Positions 1 through 14,815 of a DNA stretch of 64,000 nt are shown here, piece after piece. Each line of letters opens with the position of its first letter. Within the stretch, counting starts at the first letter, position 1. The stretch is from Octopus vulgaris. Its lineage: Eukaryota. A model generated the notes under the pieces. That model ran no database searches and was not told where the DNA came from. It was given only the letters and a program-made list of their open reading frames with translations. The stretch is from contig OX597820.1 of assembly GCA_951406725.2 (NCBI GenBank), forward strand, positions 10,602,001 through 10,666,000, read 5' to 3'. A program made the translations under genes and the position numbers.

Positions 1-76
1 GACTTCACTGGTATGAGTGAAAGGTATGCTTTTTCCAGTGTAAACATCTGAAAGATCTCTAGACAATCGAGTTTAT

Positions 77-289
<213 letters not shown>

Positions 290-1030
290 ACACATACGTA
301 TGGTGTGTGCATATGCACACATTTACATATATATAATATAAATGTTTGTGTGTGTGTGTTTAACAGATATAATCCGGATATTCTCTGCGTAAATAACAGT
401 AGTCCTCAAAAGATTCAAACTTACACTTGGTGTGTTTACATGGGATCGCTCCACAAGGTAAGGAAAGGGTATAAGAGGGATCAGGTCAAATATATATATA
501 ATAAACAGAGTAGATATTTTTACGTGCAACTATTTTCATGTGCTGAGGACGTTGGTGTCCCAGCGCAATTCTCAGACACTGCCCACAATGCATAACGAAC
601 TGAAAATGGAGCGAAATAAAAACCGAGAAAAGGCGAGAAGGAAATATATATATAAAAGGTGGAACGTTGAAAAACCAGAAAACAAAGTATAAATCACAAA
701 GAATCAAAAGGAGATAGTAAGAGTTATTTCCCTTAAAACGCAAATTATAAAGCTGAAAAGGTAATGGCTGTGAGCCTATGGTAAAAGTTATTCAATCTAG
801 TAAGGGAATCAATTTCCAATTCGTCAATAGAAACTTAGTTATATATTTTCAATCGCTGAAAATTTCGGTTCCAAAACCCAACAGTGAGTTAGAGTTCTTG
901 GATGAGAAAAGGATCCGATTTCTTTCAGCTACGCATAACTTAATTTTTTATTCATATAACATAGATTATTTTTTACTATTTTCACTTTATCATATGTGGT
1001 GTGACATTATGGTAGTACATAAAAAACAGA

Positions 1031-2024
1031 TACGAAATTTGATCAACAAGTATCTGAACTGTTGCCATAGCAACAATATTAAATCATGCAGGGTAAAACT
1101 GCTCGGTGCAGACTGACCTTGATGTCTGCTGTGCGTGCGTACTAAGTTTTAACGTTCTAGCTCACTGTTACTGCTTACAGCAGTGCTTGGAAGGAAGGTG
1201 CGTAGCTTGTGATCGTCACGTTGACCATGACAGAGAAGGTTGTCATGGCGATACCTGCTCAGAGTCCTACTTGGGTATGAGACACGTTTCTGCCAAGTTT
1301 CCGTCAAAACTGCTTTCAGTTGACCAAAAAGTCACTCGGATTTCAGTTGGACAAGGTCACTTTGATTGAGTTGAGAACGATGACAAACTTTTGAACTCTG
1401 AGCAGGTATCGGCAAGATTTTGGCAAAATTTTTTCCTATTCTCTCCTCAACGTTTTTGTCATGATCAATGTAACGAGCACACGCTACACACCTTCCTTCA
1501 AAGCAATGTTGTAAATTGGTGAAATAAGCTAGAACGTTAAAACAGAGTGCGCATGTACAGCAGAGATCAAGGTTAATCTCACCAAGCGGTTTAACTCTGT
1601 GTGCTTTAGCTTCGTTACTTTTGCAACAGTTCGGATACTTAATGGAATATGGAAGCACTCCGTCGGTTACGACGACGAGGGTTCCGGTTGATCCGATCAA
1701 TGGAACAGCCTGCTCGTGAAATTAACGTGTAAGTGGCTGAGCACTCCACGGACACGTGTACCCTTAACGTAGTTCTCGGGGAGATTCAGCGTGACACAGA
1801 GAGTGACAAGGCCGGCCCTTTGAAATACAGGAAGTGAGAGTGAGAGAAAGTTGTGGCGAAAGAGTACGGCAGGGATCACCACCATCCCCTGCCGGAGCCT
1901 CGTGAAACTTTAGGTGTTTTCGCTCAATAAACACTCACAACGCCCGGTCTGGGAATCGAAACCGCGATCCTACGACCGTGAGTCCATTGCACCTCCACAG
2001 GATACTTAATAATAAGTCCACGTA
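1031..2024. mobile_element. Decayed non-autonomous mariner-family element built from two inverted 5' ends, interrupted by a SINE
   Basis: About 1031-1265 is an imperfect inverted repeat of about 1396-1643 plus 2000-2024. TA is present at both ends. The internal peptide GMRHVSAKFPSKLLSVDQK resembles the mariner linker motif. The same family recurs at 53490-53772. Confidence 0.7.
1644..1999 (-). mobile_element. tRNA-derived SINE, family A
   Basis: Reverse complement of the copy at 7955-8345. 11-bp TSD GGATACTTAAT at 1633-1643 and 2000-2010. Confidence 0.9.
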
Positions 2025-2235
2025 TTGTGTTTATTAAATAACATTCATCTCTCACCAGATGGAGTACTTTTTTGCCCATCACGGAAGAGTACATACGCCA
2101 TGCAGCATTTTCCAACTAAATGTTTATCTTCTACCAACACCAAACCATAACACCGCTTGACTTTCCTCAACCAATCGCAGTAATAACAACCATCTGTCAT
2201 TCAAATTTGACTCAAACTGTTTTGATCTACACATT

Positions 2236-2297
<62 letters not shown>

Positions 2298-2448
2298 ACA
2301 CGCACACACACACATACACACCCACATATATATTATCGGGTTTCAAAACAGAGATATGATGGATACAAATTAATTTATTAATTAATTACCATATTCACCT
2401 ACAGTTGTTTAATTTCTCAACCCAAATTAAAACTATAATACACACACA

Positions 2449-2494
<46 letters not shown>

Positions 2495-2570
2495 TATATA
2501 TACTCACGCACGCACAGACATACAAATATAGTGTACTGTTCTGTAATGGTTACATCAATAGCAAAGTGGC

Positions 2571-2630
<60 letters not shown>

Positions 2631-2631
<1 letters not shown>

Positions 2632-2790
2632 TACGACGGGCTTCTTTCAGCTTCCGTCTACCAAATCCATTCACAAGGCTTTGCTCGGCCCGAGGCTATA
2701 GTGGAAGACACTTGTGCCACGCAGTGGGCCTGAACCTGTTACGATGTGATTGGAAAGCAAGCTACTTACAACACAGTCACTCCTGCGCCT
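2631..2790 (-). mobile_element. tRNA-derived SINE family B, 5' half
   Basis: Matches the head of the copies at 3735-4136 and 54674-55125. Confidence 0.85.
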
Positions 2791-2799
2791 ATGAATGGA

Positions 2800-2914
2800 A
2801 TGCTTACAGCACCAAAGTTTCGCCAGCGGTCACCCGTCTAAGTACTAACTAGGCTCGATGTTGCTTAACTTCGGTGATCGGACAAGAACCGGTGCTTTCA
2901 ACGTGTATAGCCGT
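2800..2914 (-). pseudogene. 5S rRNA pseudogene (dispersed copy)
   Basis: Minus strand reads ACGGCTATACACGTTGAAAGCACCGGTTCTTGTCCGATCACCGAAGTTAAGCAACATCGAGCCTAGTTAGTACTTAGACGGGTGACCGCTGGCGAAACTTTGGTGCTGTAAGCA, recognisably animal 5S with substitutions. No T4 terminator follows. Confidence 0.9.
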
Positions 2915-2915
2915 G

Positions 2916-3204
<289 letters not shown>

Positions 3205-3734
3205 ATTTGTACATATTATGTATATATATATTTATATTTAATACATACCAAAATGAGATTATATTTAGGTTAATGTAAATATGGATATGTCACTGTCTGT
3301 GAAATATGATCATATTGCAGAAAGATAGCCAATGATGAAATATGATTCTAATAATAACTTGTCGTTCGGATTTATGACAATAAATGCCTGCCGTCATTCC
3401 TTTAACAACTTAAGAATTAGGAGATAAATAATCTTCGTCATGACACTAACAATATATAGCATTTAAATATTCATTCGATGTCATTCTAATGAGAAAAGAT
3501 TGAAATAAAATAGTTCAGAGATTATATAGTTTCTAAGCAGCGCAGCTTTGAAATCGGACTGTAGGATTGTACACACGCGCACACACACACGATATGAGCT
3601 CACAGAGATACACACGCATGCGCACGTAATTATATGCTTACATTCGTTAATGTATTTCGAATGTAATGTATTATGGAAATATATTCTTGGTGTTTATACT
3701 AATAACCATGAGTTAAATACACATCTATTTAGTC

Positions 3735-4136
3735 TACTCTGTTACTTGTTTCAGTCATTTGACTGCGGCCATGCTGGAGCACCGCCTTTAGTCGCGCAAA
3801 TCGACCTCGGGACTTATTCTTTGTAAGCCCAGTATTTATTCTATCGTTCTCTTTTGCCGAACCGCTAAGTGACGGCGACGTAAACACACCAGCATCGGTT
3901 GTCAAGCAATGCTAGGGGGACAAACACAGACACACAAACATATACACACACTTATATATATATACATATATACGACAGGCTTCTTTCAGTTTCCGTCTAC
4001 CAGATCCACTCACAAGGCTTTGGTCGGCCCGGGGCTATAGCAGAAGACACTTGCCCAAGATGCCACGCAGTGGGACTGAACCCAAAACCATATGGTTGGT
4101 TAGCAAGCTACTTACCACACAGCCACTCCTGCGCCT
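3735..4136 (-). mobile_element. tRNA-derived SINE family B, full length, with internal microsatellite
   Basis: A box TGGCTGTGTGG and B box GGTTCAGTCCC on the minus strand, internal (TA)/(TG) tract, tail GGCGGTGCTCCAGCATGGCCGCAGTCAAATGACTGAAAC. More than ten related copies occur in the window. Confidence 0.9.
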
Positions 4137-4260
4137 ATTTACATCCATATATGAAAACATACATTGTAATCAGACATATACACGATATTCATTATGTAGT
4201 ATATATATATATATATATATGCTACATTATATTCATTATGTAGTATATATATATATATAT

Positions 4261-5722
4261 ACTCTTTCAGCCATGCGGCTGTGGTCATGCTGGAGCACAA
4301 CCATGGTCTTTCTGACTTCCTCAGTTTGGGTGTTTCACATCACCACTCCTATATGTACCTTTGTCCCAGCTGTTGGTTCATCCGGTATTGCGGAGAGGAG
4401 GATGTCTAGTTCCACTTTGAAGATATCTACTTCCACCTTATGCAAATTTGTTAATTTTTGTCGCACGGCATGGAAGAGCTGTGGGCCTTCGAACTCTAGA
4501 CTATTGCAGTAACCGCTCCTAAATTTAGACGGAGTGGATGGCACCAACGGTACTATACAATGGCGGCCAGTTCTGGCATTTGTATAACACTCAATGCCAA
4601 AGTCATGTACTAGCTTCTCTAGAGTTTTCCATATCTATATGATTGCCTATCTCCATCTCCATCGCTCCAGGAAGTAAAGTTGGAGCTTTCTCAGCCTATC
4701 CCTGTAGCTTATCTGCTGCGCTGTTTCAATCTTTTTAGTGTAGTGGCGTTGGACTGCTTTAAGCTCCGCTGTTAGTTTGGCACTATGCGGTGACTATAAC
4801 CGTGAGCAGTAGTCGAGGCGACTGAGGACAAAACTTCACCACAGGATCAAAATAATTTCTTGAACTCTTGTCTTGAAGGACCTTAGTATTCATCCTGCCA
4901 CTTGTCTGCACTTTGCTGCCATCTTGCTAATGTGCATATAAAATGATGCGTCATTGCACGTATTGATCCCCAAGTCTTTTACTGCTTGTGACTCTGGGAG
5001 TGTAGTGCCTTAGCGTCCTGTATATGTAGATTGTAATGTATTCATGAGTTGATCGTGCAGAGATTAAAAATGTCCAGCATTGAACTACATATTGTTTATT
5101 TGGCATACTTGTATATTGAATTTAGGTTCCGTTGTAAACTTGACATCATCTTACTTTTTTATTGCCTGTGATAATTTAGTATCGTCAGCATAGCTAGTGA
5201 CAGTGGCTGTCCGATTGACCGTGGACATGTCTAAGAGGGCTATTATGCACACTAATGGCCCTAGAACAGTTCCCTTTGGGACACCACTTAGGATTTGAGT
5301 TTCCTCAGGCTGCAGCTACCTGACTTCTGTTTTTAAGGAAGTCATGCAGCCACCGTCCCAGTTTATCAGCAATGCCAAGGTCTTGTAGCGTATGACGTAT
5401 CATGCCATGATTTACCTTATCAAATGCCTTTGCAAAGTCAAGGTATATCACACTGACATCTGAATGGTCAAGCAGCTGTTTCACAACCCAGTCATATTGC
5501 TGTGTATGGCAGCGTCTTCCTGGACGGAAGCCATGCTGTATATTGTTCAGTAAGTCATTTTCTTCTAGGAACATTATCAACTGCTTTCTGATGATTCGCT
5601 CCATGACTTTCCCGATATGTGAGGTCAGACGGATTGGATTTTAGTTTTTAGCCTCTGCTCTGCTTCCACATTTGTGGATAGGGCATATCATGCCTTCTTT
5701 CAGCTTTTTAGGAACTATACCA
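4261..5722 (-). mobile_element. 5'-truncated, decayed CR1-type LINE (RT domain and 3' end)
   Basis: Minus-strand peptides PIHKCGSR, QHGFRPGR, VIYLDFAKAFDKV, GVPKGTVLGP, YADDTKL and C-terminal IPDEP. Multiple stops and frameshifts. Confidence 0.88.
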
Positions 5723-5732
5723 CCAGCATAAA

Positions 5733-5794
5733 TACACCAGCATCGGTTGTCAAGCAATGCTAGGGGGACAAACACAGACACACAAACACACACA

Positions 5795-5838
<44 letters not shown>

Positions 5839-6004
5839 TACGACGGGCTTCTTTCAGTTTCCGTCTACCAAATCCACTCACAAGGCTTTGGTCGGCCCGA
5901 GGCTATAGCAGAAGACACTTGCCCAAGGTACCACGCAGTGGGACTGAACCCGGAACCATGTGGTTGGTAGACAAGCTACTTACCACACAGCCACTCCTGC
6001 GCCT
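5733..6004 (-). mobile_element. SINE family B, 3'-truncated
   Basis: Head and internal microsatellite match the other B copies. Confidence 0.85.
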
Positions 6005-6680
6005 AAATATATTTATATATCATACATTTAATTTGCAAAGCTTATATTTTTATATGGTACCATCTCCGTCCGATCTAAGTATCTAAGAATATATGTATAT
6101 AGATATGGAAAAAGCAGTTGGAGATGTGAAGATGCACTGGGATTCGTTTAGATTTTCCAGTTACAAATTTTTTAAAGATAGATTCTCTGATTTTCAAAAC
6201 CCGAGATAGAAAGACGTGGAACTCTGGTGCAACTTTCTTGCCTCTGATTAGAATTCAAAAATTATCTTGTTTTTAGAGAGAGAACACAGCTCAAATTAGT
6301 ATCTGTTTTTGGATATGTTGTGATTGGTGGAGGATGATCACGTGATTAGGTTTAGAAATGTTTCTCAGTGCCTCGCTACATTCGTTCTTTAACGTCACGT
6401 GTCAATGTTTGGCGCCGTAAGTTAAAGCTGTCTCTGTCAAATAATCATCAGTCAAATATACTAGAGAAATATCACGTGATTGGCCTCAGGAAATTTTTGC
6501 CCGTTTACCACTATATTCGTATGTTAATATCATGACACTATCTTGTTTTGTGTCGAAAACTAAGGCTGACACGGTTGAGTGAACATGTCTAAATTTAGAA
6601 AGCCTGGTTTGAAGACTGTCACGAGAAAACATACATTCAAAATAATAATTATAGTATGCATACCAATATAGAATGTATAC

Positions 6681-6801
<121 letters not shown>

Positions 6802-6814
6802 TAAATATATATAT

Positions 6815-6857
<43 letters not shown>

Positions 6858-7111
6858 ATAATAAATATTAGGGAATAAATCCAAATTTACAGGGAAAAAA
6901 ATCAGATTTAGGATTAAATCCAATTTTATAGTAAAATATTATATAATATTACTTGTTTGTTTTGCAAAATAGTGGTTTTGCCTCGAAGTAATATTATATA
7001 TATAAATATGTATATATAAAGGGAAAGTTTACAAAAATAAACAAAAGATGAAGACAGGTGGTGTACAAAACAAACAGATGTATTAGTATACAGCTCAGTA
7101 ATAGAAAAAGT

Positions 7112-7147
7112 CTTTTACGTTTCGAGTCTACGCTCTTCTACAGAAAG
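7112..7147 (-). ncRNA. Degenerate or variant minimal type I hammerhead-like motif
   Basis: Minus strand CTTT-CTGTAGA-A-GAGC-GTAG-ACTC-GAAA-C-GTA-AAAG. Stem I is CTTT/AAAG and stem II is GAG/CTC. The core deviates from CUGANGA at position 6. Confidence 0.45.
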
Positions 7148-7831
7148 GGACACAGAAAAAATAAGGAGAGAAAAAAATGTGTGTAGTGGCTAACGATATA
7201 TATATATATATATATATATACTTATACATGTACATTTTTCTCCACATAAACACAGACAGACAGACACACACACACATACATATACACACACACATATATA
7301 CATGCACACACACATACGATGAAAGTAAAATCGTCACACTGATGAAAACAGAACTACTTCACGAGTAAGTTATTTAAGAAGACGTAAGTACTCTTAAGCG
7401 TAACAGGCCAGATATTGTTGTTTGGGACAGAGGAGCAAAGGTATGTAGCATCATAGAGGCTAGCTGTCCTGCACGTATAAATATTTCTTTGAAAATCAAA
7501 GAAAAATAGGATATCTTTAGACAGCTGCTCTGAAACCACCACCTTCTATATCCAGACTATGAATTCATATTCATACCAATAATAAATGGAGCACTAGATC
7601 TTGTTAGCAAATGCTTGGATACACTGGGTTTTTTAAAAAGAGAAATTGACCGGCTGATTCGTACATTACAAGTGCAATCTGTGAGTGGAACAGTAGAAAT
7701 ATGCAAGACTTTTTTAAAGTTCCAAATGTGAACTTGTCTGTGTTAACTACATCCCAAAGACGGAGTGACATATCATTGTTGGAAACCGGCTCCCTCATCA
7801 GTGGAAGATTTATAATAATTAAAAAATAGAA

Positions 7832-7905
<74 letters not shown>

Positions 7906-7954
7906 ATACATATCGTGTGGGAGTAAATATATGTACATGTCTGTACCGTATTCA

Positions 7955-8345
7955 GTGGAGGCGCAATGGCCCAGTGGTTAGGGCAGCGGACTCGCGGTCA
8001 TAGGATCGCGGTTTCGATTCTCAGACCGGGCGTTGTGAGTGTTTATTGAGCGAAAACACCTAAAGCTCCACGAGGCTCTGGCAGGGGATGGTGGTGATCC
8101 CTGCTGTACTCTTTCACCACAACTTTCTCTCACTCTTACTTCCTATTTCTGTTGTACCTGTATTTCAAGGGGCCGGCCTTGTCACTCTCTGTGTCACGCT
8201 GAATATCCCCGAGAACTACGTTAAGGGTGCACATGTCTGTGGAGTGCTCAGCCACTTACACGTTAATTTCACGAGCAGGCTGTTCCGTTGATTCAGATCA
8301 ACCGGAACCCTCATCGTCGTAACCGACGGAGTGCTTCCATCCACT
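7955..8345 (+). mobile_element. tRNA-derived SINE, family A, full length
   Basis: A box TGGCCCAGTGG, B box GTTTCGATTC. TSD GTATTCA at 7948-7954 and 8346-8352. Confidence 0.9.
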
Positions 8346-8696
8346 GTATTCAATAAGTATAGCTGCACGTATTTGGCAATTATTGTAGACGTTCGCATTC
8401 ACACAAATTCGAATGAGCAAACATTGGTGCTAACGTACACGTATATATATATGTGTTAGGTTTTACTCATTCTTTTGATATTAATGCGACATTTTGAAGT
8501 TGTCAAGAGTACATTGAGCCTCTTTTGGCGTCCGGTACCAGAAAAGAGTCTTGTTAAATATTTACATCAACAAATAAGTACAATAATAAAATAGAACTGA
8601 AGAACGAACCACATGGTGCGCGAGTGTTTATTCCGAAATAACGTATGTCCATTCCGAAATATATCTATATATATATATATATATAGCTTGTATACT

Positions 8697-9142
<446 letters not shown>

Positions 9143-10423
9143 TTAAGATATATATATATATATATATTACCAACCATGTGGTTGGTAATAAGCTACTTAC
9201 CACACAGCCACTCCTAAACCTACAAACACACACACACACGCACATATATATAAGCTAAGATACGACATCACAAAAAAGGGACTGCACACTATTCCTGACG
9301 AATATTAGCAAAGCTTGTTTATGTCTTAAAGTTTCATTATGAGAGTCGATAAAGAAATGAACCGGATTGATCTACTGTATGGTTGAAAGAATAGATGATG
9401 GTGTAATCGTACAACGAAATACAGTTTCAATGCCATGTAAATTGAATGCATCAGATGTATACAATAAATTTTCTTTGCAGTGTTATCATCACTCGTAAAT
9501 TTCCGCGCTCAGAATGAATCGTAGTTACCTCTTGCCAAGCTCAAATTTTAAAACGTGGTGTTTCACCAAATTCCTGTAATCAGAGACTGACAAGCTGAAA
9601 GAATAAATGAGAAAGAGGGAAATGAAGAAGGAGAGATTTAATCGATACTTTCTCAATAGGAAATACAATTGCATCAATCCGTTATTGAGAAATGTTTTGT
9701 TAACAACAGAAATTACCGCGCATGCGTCTGTTAACAAAACTTCATTCATGCTACGAATTGACGACAAGATGCAATTAAATTGTATTTCCTGAGTTTTATC
9801 TGATACTTCTCGATATTTTTTTTAAAATAATCATTATTACCATTGCATTAAATATGTTTCTAAATATCTTTTTTATTTTTATTGTTTGATTTTCGGGTAT
9901 TTTTTGTCTTATGTTCTGTTTCATTGCTTTTCTGCTTTTTTTCCTGATTTTTATTTATTCCAAATTAAATATTGAGACTCGATATTGTAATTTACGGTTT
10001 CCTCTCATATTTTCGCATCGGTTTAATATTTCGGTATTCCGTTGCTGCTAAAATATTTCAATTCAACATTTGACGTGAATGCGCGATGGACTTACAAATT
10101 ACTTTTTTTATTATTGTGTTAATCAGTGGCCAGGGCTGTAGTCTAGAATTACATTCAAGATGAAATGTAGGCGTAACATAATTTCTACTGTCGCTCGAAA
10201 CCAACTAAATATTACCAATTAATACAAATGTGAAAGATAAGGACATCAAAATATACCGTTCCACCTAAATATTTTAGGTTGTCCACAAATTTAATAAACA
10301 TTATCTTTTGTGGCGGTATTATATTATTACTTCGGTGTTGTATATTTTTCACAACTGACGTGATCTGAGACCATATATTGAAATTGATAATTATATTATT
10401 GAAGAGTCATTTTAAGCAAGTGA

Positions 10424-10695
10424 TGGCGCGTAGGCTAGTGCTTGGGTTGTTGCACTCACGATTGTCAGATCATGGTTTCGATTTCCAGATCGGGTGGTAC
10501 GCTGTGTTTTTGAACAAAACACCTTATTTCATGTTGCTACAGTCCACTCTGCTCTAAACGGATATCTAACTCTGTGACGATTAGAGTTTGATGATATAAC
10601 TAATTTACTGGGTGGGGGAATTTCTGATCATGGTTACTTTTAAGCCATATAACCCGACTAACTGGCCTTATGAGACTTAGGACTTGAGACAACAA
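10424..10695 (+). mobile_element. Old tRNA-derived SINE, family C
   Basis: Degenerate A/B boxes. Body and tail resemble 47838-48075. Confidence 0.6.
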
Positions 10696-11035
10696 TGTTC
10701 AAGGATTAACGATGAAAGCTTTAAATATCATAACAGCAGAGGCAGAAAATAATTGTTACGCCTACATTTTGCTTCATTATGCAGTGAAGAAGAAACGTTT
10801 GACATTTTATGGCTGACATTACTGTGGAAAAATAAACAAACGTAACGAAATATTTATCCTGTAATAGTGGCCTCGTAGTTGATATATAAACTTTAAAATC
10901 GACAGTGGTAGACGACGGCCATTAGAGAGTTGCTTTTGTCAAAGAAAACCCTGTAGCTGTGAAACGTAATGTTTTTCTGTCGCACAGTTTTTAATTGGTC
11001 ATGCATTATGTCGTAGCTTCACGAGTTTGATGATA

Positions 11036-11176
11036 TTAGGTTGTCCCAAAAGTTCGTAAACACTTGCGAAAATTGAATTTTTACTCGCCAAGTACTAACA
11101 AAAACAACAAAAATTATTCCTCAAAATAAAGACCATTATTTTCCAAGACTTTCTACGAACTTTTGGGACAACCTTA
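11036..11176. mobile_element. 141-bp Tc1/mariner-type MITE
   Basis: 21-bp perfect TIR AGGTTGTCCCAAAAGTTCGTA / TACGAACTTTTGGGACAACCT with flanking TA duplication. Confidence 0.85.
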
Positions 11177-11971
11177 TATAATTGATTATTTTCCGTATAC
11201 CATACGGTGGGTGTGCGAGATCGTATTTGGCCGGTAGTAACACGGTCGAAGGTAATGGCTAAAGCATACTACTTTCATTGTAACCTAGTTCTGTAGATCA
11301 TCTCCCACACACAATAATTCAGCTGGAGACATTAATTGGTAAGTTAAGTTCATAGCTACATGCAATAAATAAATAAATAAATAAAAGTTATTAATTTTCT
11401 ACCGCGAGCCATAGTAGTAGCTTTGTAAAGAAAGAAAGAAAAAAAATATAACTTCATTGCATATTGGTATAAAAGTATTTGAAATAATTTGAATTTTATC
11501 GCAACAGACATTAACACCAATATCCTTTTTAATTAAACATTTTATAAAGAAATCAATAGATTCTTTTTTCATTTCATTTAACAGATCAATATTAATGTGA
11601 GTGTCTGTAACCTCCCTGTCTATATTTTCTACTGACATAAAATAAAAAGAAATATATATTTTTTCCATTCCGAAATGACCAAACTAGACAAAACAATTAG
11701 AAAAAGTTAGTAAATGCAATAAATGAGAATAAGAAAAAATTTATAAAGCCATACTACAACAATGAATGCCAGCATCTGCAATATCCAGAATTATAAATGA
11801 TATTAATTTTATTCATGTCAACAGATTCGAAATTGCTAAGGGATACATTAAAAAATTGAACAAAAATTATTTTGTTGCTTAAAGGATAAACAAGCGTTAT
11901 AATTAGCATTCTTCTTGCCAAGTTTAGAAGCACAGTAACAGTACAATGTCTGTATTTTGTATTTTCATTTA

Positions 11972-12305
11972 GTTGTCTCAGTCGTTGGACTGCGGCCATG
12001 CTTGAGCACAGCCTTCAAATTTTTAATTGAATAAATTGAGTCAAGTACGCAATTTATCATCACTTCTACCCAATCTCTTATTTATGGAGAGGTAAACAAG
12101 CCAATACCAATTGGCAAGCAATAGGAAGGACAAAAATAAGCGCAAAGACACATATATATGTACACGGCAGGCTTCCGCACAGTTTCCGTCTGCGAAATTT
12201 CTTTACAAAGCATCGGTCGGCCCAAGGCTATAATAGAAATCTCTGGTTCAATCTGTCACAGAGTGGGACTGAACAAGACACCATGTGGTTGCAAAACGAC
12301 CACGT
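11972..12305 (-). mobile_element. Old SINE family B
   Basis: Degenerate match to the B tail and head. Confidence 0.65.
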
Positions 12306-12445
12306 GGTGTTTTTTTAAGCCCACAATAATTACTGGTATCGATTTGTTGTTCAACTAAACCCTTGAAAGCCGTTACCCAGCATGTCTAGGGTCATATGAC
12401 TGAAGCAAAAGTAAAAGTAATAAGGTGAAGGATTCATTTTTGAGA

Positions 12446-12835
12446 GGTAAGAAGCTTGCTTCCAAACCACAAGGTACCGAGTTCAGTTCCACAGTGTGGC
12501 ACATTGGGCAAGTGTCTTCCTCTATAATCTCGGGTCGATCAAAGGTTTGTGAGTGGATTTGGTAGGCGGAAACTGGAAGAAGCCCGTCGTATGTATATAT
12601 ATATGTATAACATATGTATATGTGTGTGTGTGTGTATGCATGTATTTGTTTATCTCCCAGGATCGCTTGACACCGATGTTGGTGTATTTATGCCCCCATA
12701 ACTTAGTGGTTCGGCAAATGAGAATGATAGAATAGGCACCAGGCTTATAAAGAATAAATTCTGAGGTCGATTAGGTCGACTAAAGGTAGTGCTCCAGCAT
12801 GGCCGCAGTCAAATGACTAAAACAAATAAATGAGT
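12446..12835 (+). mobile_element. SINE family B
   Basis: B box GTTCAGTTCC, internal microsatellite, B tail. Confidence 0.8.
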
Positions 12836-12838
12836 ATG

Positions 12839-12912
<74 letters not shown>

Positions 12913-13080
12913 TATTATTGTTGGTAAAACATTTTAAAACTAATATTTGTGCTAATTCCATGAAAACAAAGATGGAACAAGTTTACTCTCCGATCAAATA
13001 TTCTTGTTTAGTTCTCTTCATCTAGCGATTCCTTAATCAACCATCATAATACCGGAAGCATTGGTATATAATATATAACA

Positions 13081-13492
13081 AGGAACTTTAGCATCGAGAG
13101 TTACACAAATGCCAGAACTGGGCGCCACTGCGTGGTGCCAATGACTCCAAGTTTGCCATCAAGATGCAGGACAAGATACTGTGATAGCCTGGGCTTCAGA
13201 GGCCCACAGCTCTTCAATATCCTCCCGAAGAACCTGAGGGACCTGCATGGGGTGGATGCGGATGTCTTTAAAGTAGGACTGGATCTCTTCCTGTCAGGTG
13301 TCCCGGATGAACCAACTTCACGGCAGGAGGTGCAGATGAGGGCAGCTGCATCGAACTCTCTCATGCACCAAATGGCAGTTGCTAAAAAGCATTCGTGAAG
13401 TAAAATCATGTAGCAACACCAAATGGCGGTGCCCCAGCATGGCCACAGCTCGTGAGCTGAAACTAGATAAAATAAGAAAAATAAAATAAGAA
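13081..13492 (+). mobile_element. 3' end of a CR1-type LINE
   Basis: Peptide CDSLGFRGPQLFNILPKNLRDL...FKVGLDLFLSGVPDEP is homologous to the C-terminus of the 4261-5722 LINE. It is followed by a short 3' UTR with a stem-loop and an A-rich tail. Confidence 0.85.
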
Positions 13493-13814
13493 ATACCAGT
13501 TTTGGAGATAAAGAGGCACTATAATCAATGTTGCTGTATACTCTTCTTTCTGAAGGTCTTGGGAAAAATTAGTATTTTCTCATTACCTATTCTTAATGAC
13601 AACCAGTTCTGGGTAATTTTCATCACAGATTCTCCATCAGAACAGAGTATTTTGTATCTGTCCCAGGGATGTATAATGCGTTTAAGTGGGATGACAGACA
13701 AAGCTGCACGACCAGTCGGGCTGGTTAATCTTCTTAACTCTTTCTTGGTAAAGCAACTATCAATAATTAATTGGTAAATATTTATTACCCGGAAATGATG
13801 GTCAACGTTTCATG

Positions 13815-13896
<82 letters not shown>

Positions 13897-14003
13897 AATC
13901 GACACACACACACACACACACACACTCATATATATTACATATTCAGGTATACATGTATCTGTATAGGTGTACATATTTATGTGTGTATGACACACACACA
14001 CAT

Positions 14004-14065
<62 letters not shown>

Positions 14066-14217
14066 ACGTACGCAAATATCTATCTATCTATTTATCTATC
14101 TATCTATATATATATATATATATATATATATGTAGGTCCCGGGTTGATTCGGGGTTAACCACAGTAAGTAAGGTACTCAATACATAGCAGAGTAAAATTA
14201 ATTTATTATATAGAAGG

Positions 14218-14268
14218 AGCTTCTACAGGACTAGTACTGTTTCATTCAAGAGAAATCTTCAGGAAGCT
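14218..14268 (-). ncRNA. Type I hammerhead ribozyme (PLE copy A)
   Basis: Exact reverse complement of 23115-23165. Confidence 0.85.
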
Positions 14269-14764
14269 ATTTAACAAGAATTGTATTAGCATTTATACAT
14301 TTAGGCAGGTTTAAAGGAGTGGTGGTGGGGGACTTTTTGGGGGTAGGCATAGCGCAAAATATCATACTTGGGGGAGTGGTCAAGGAGTCAGTGGTAAGTA
14401 GATGAAAGAATAGATAAATAAAAAAATAAAAAAATAAAAAAATAAAAAAATAAAGAAATAAAAATAAAAAATAAAAAATAAAAAATAAAAAATAAAAAAT
14501 ATAAAAAATAAATAATAAATAATAAATAAAAAATAAAATATAAAAATAAAAAAATAAAAAATAAAAAAAAAAATAAAAAAATAAAATAAAATAAAATATA
14601 TAAAAAATATAAAAAATATATATAAAATATATATATAAAATATATATAAAAAATATATATATAAAAAGGGGGATAGAGTTATAGGTAAATAAGGAGATTC
14701 TCACTTATACCTATACACACATGTATACGTATCTACACACACATACATACATACACATATATAT

Positions 14765-14815
<51 letters not shown>

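Noticed and set aside
7955-8030. Functional tRNA genes in SINE heads
   Set aside because: They have no proper acceptor stem or terminator and continue into SINE bodies with TSDs.
11399-11999. AT-rich minus-strand ORFs that look like a decayed gene
   Set aside because: No recognisable motif or splice structure. A tBLASTx search would be needed.
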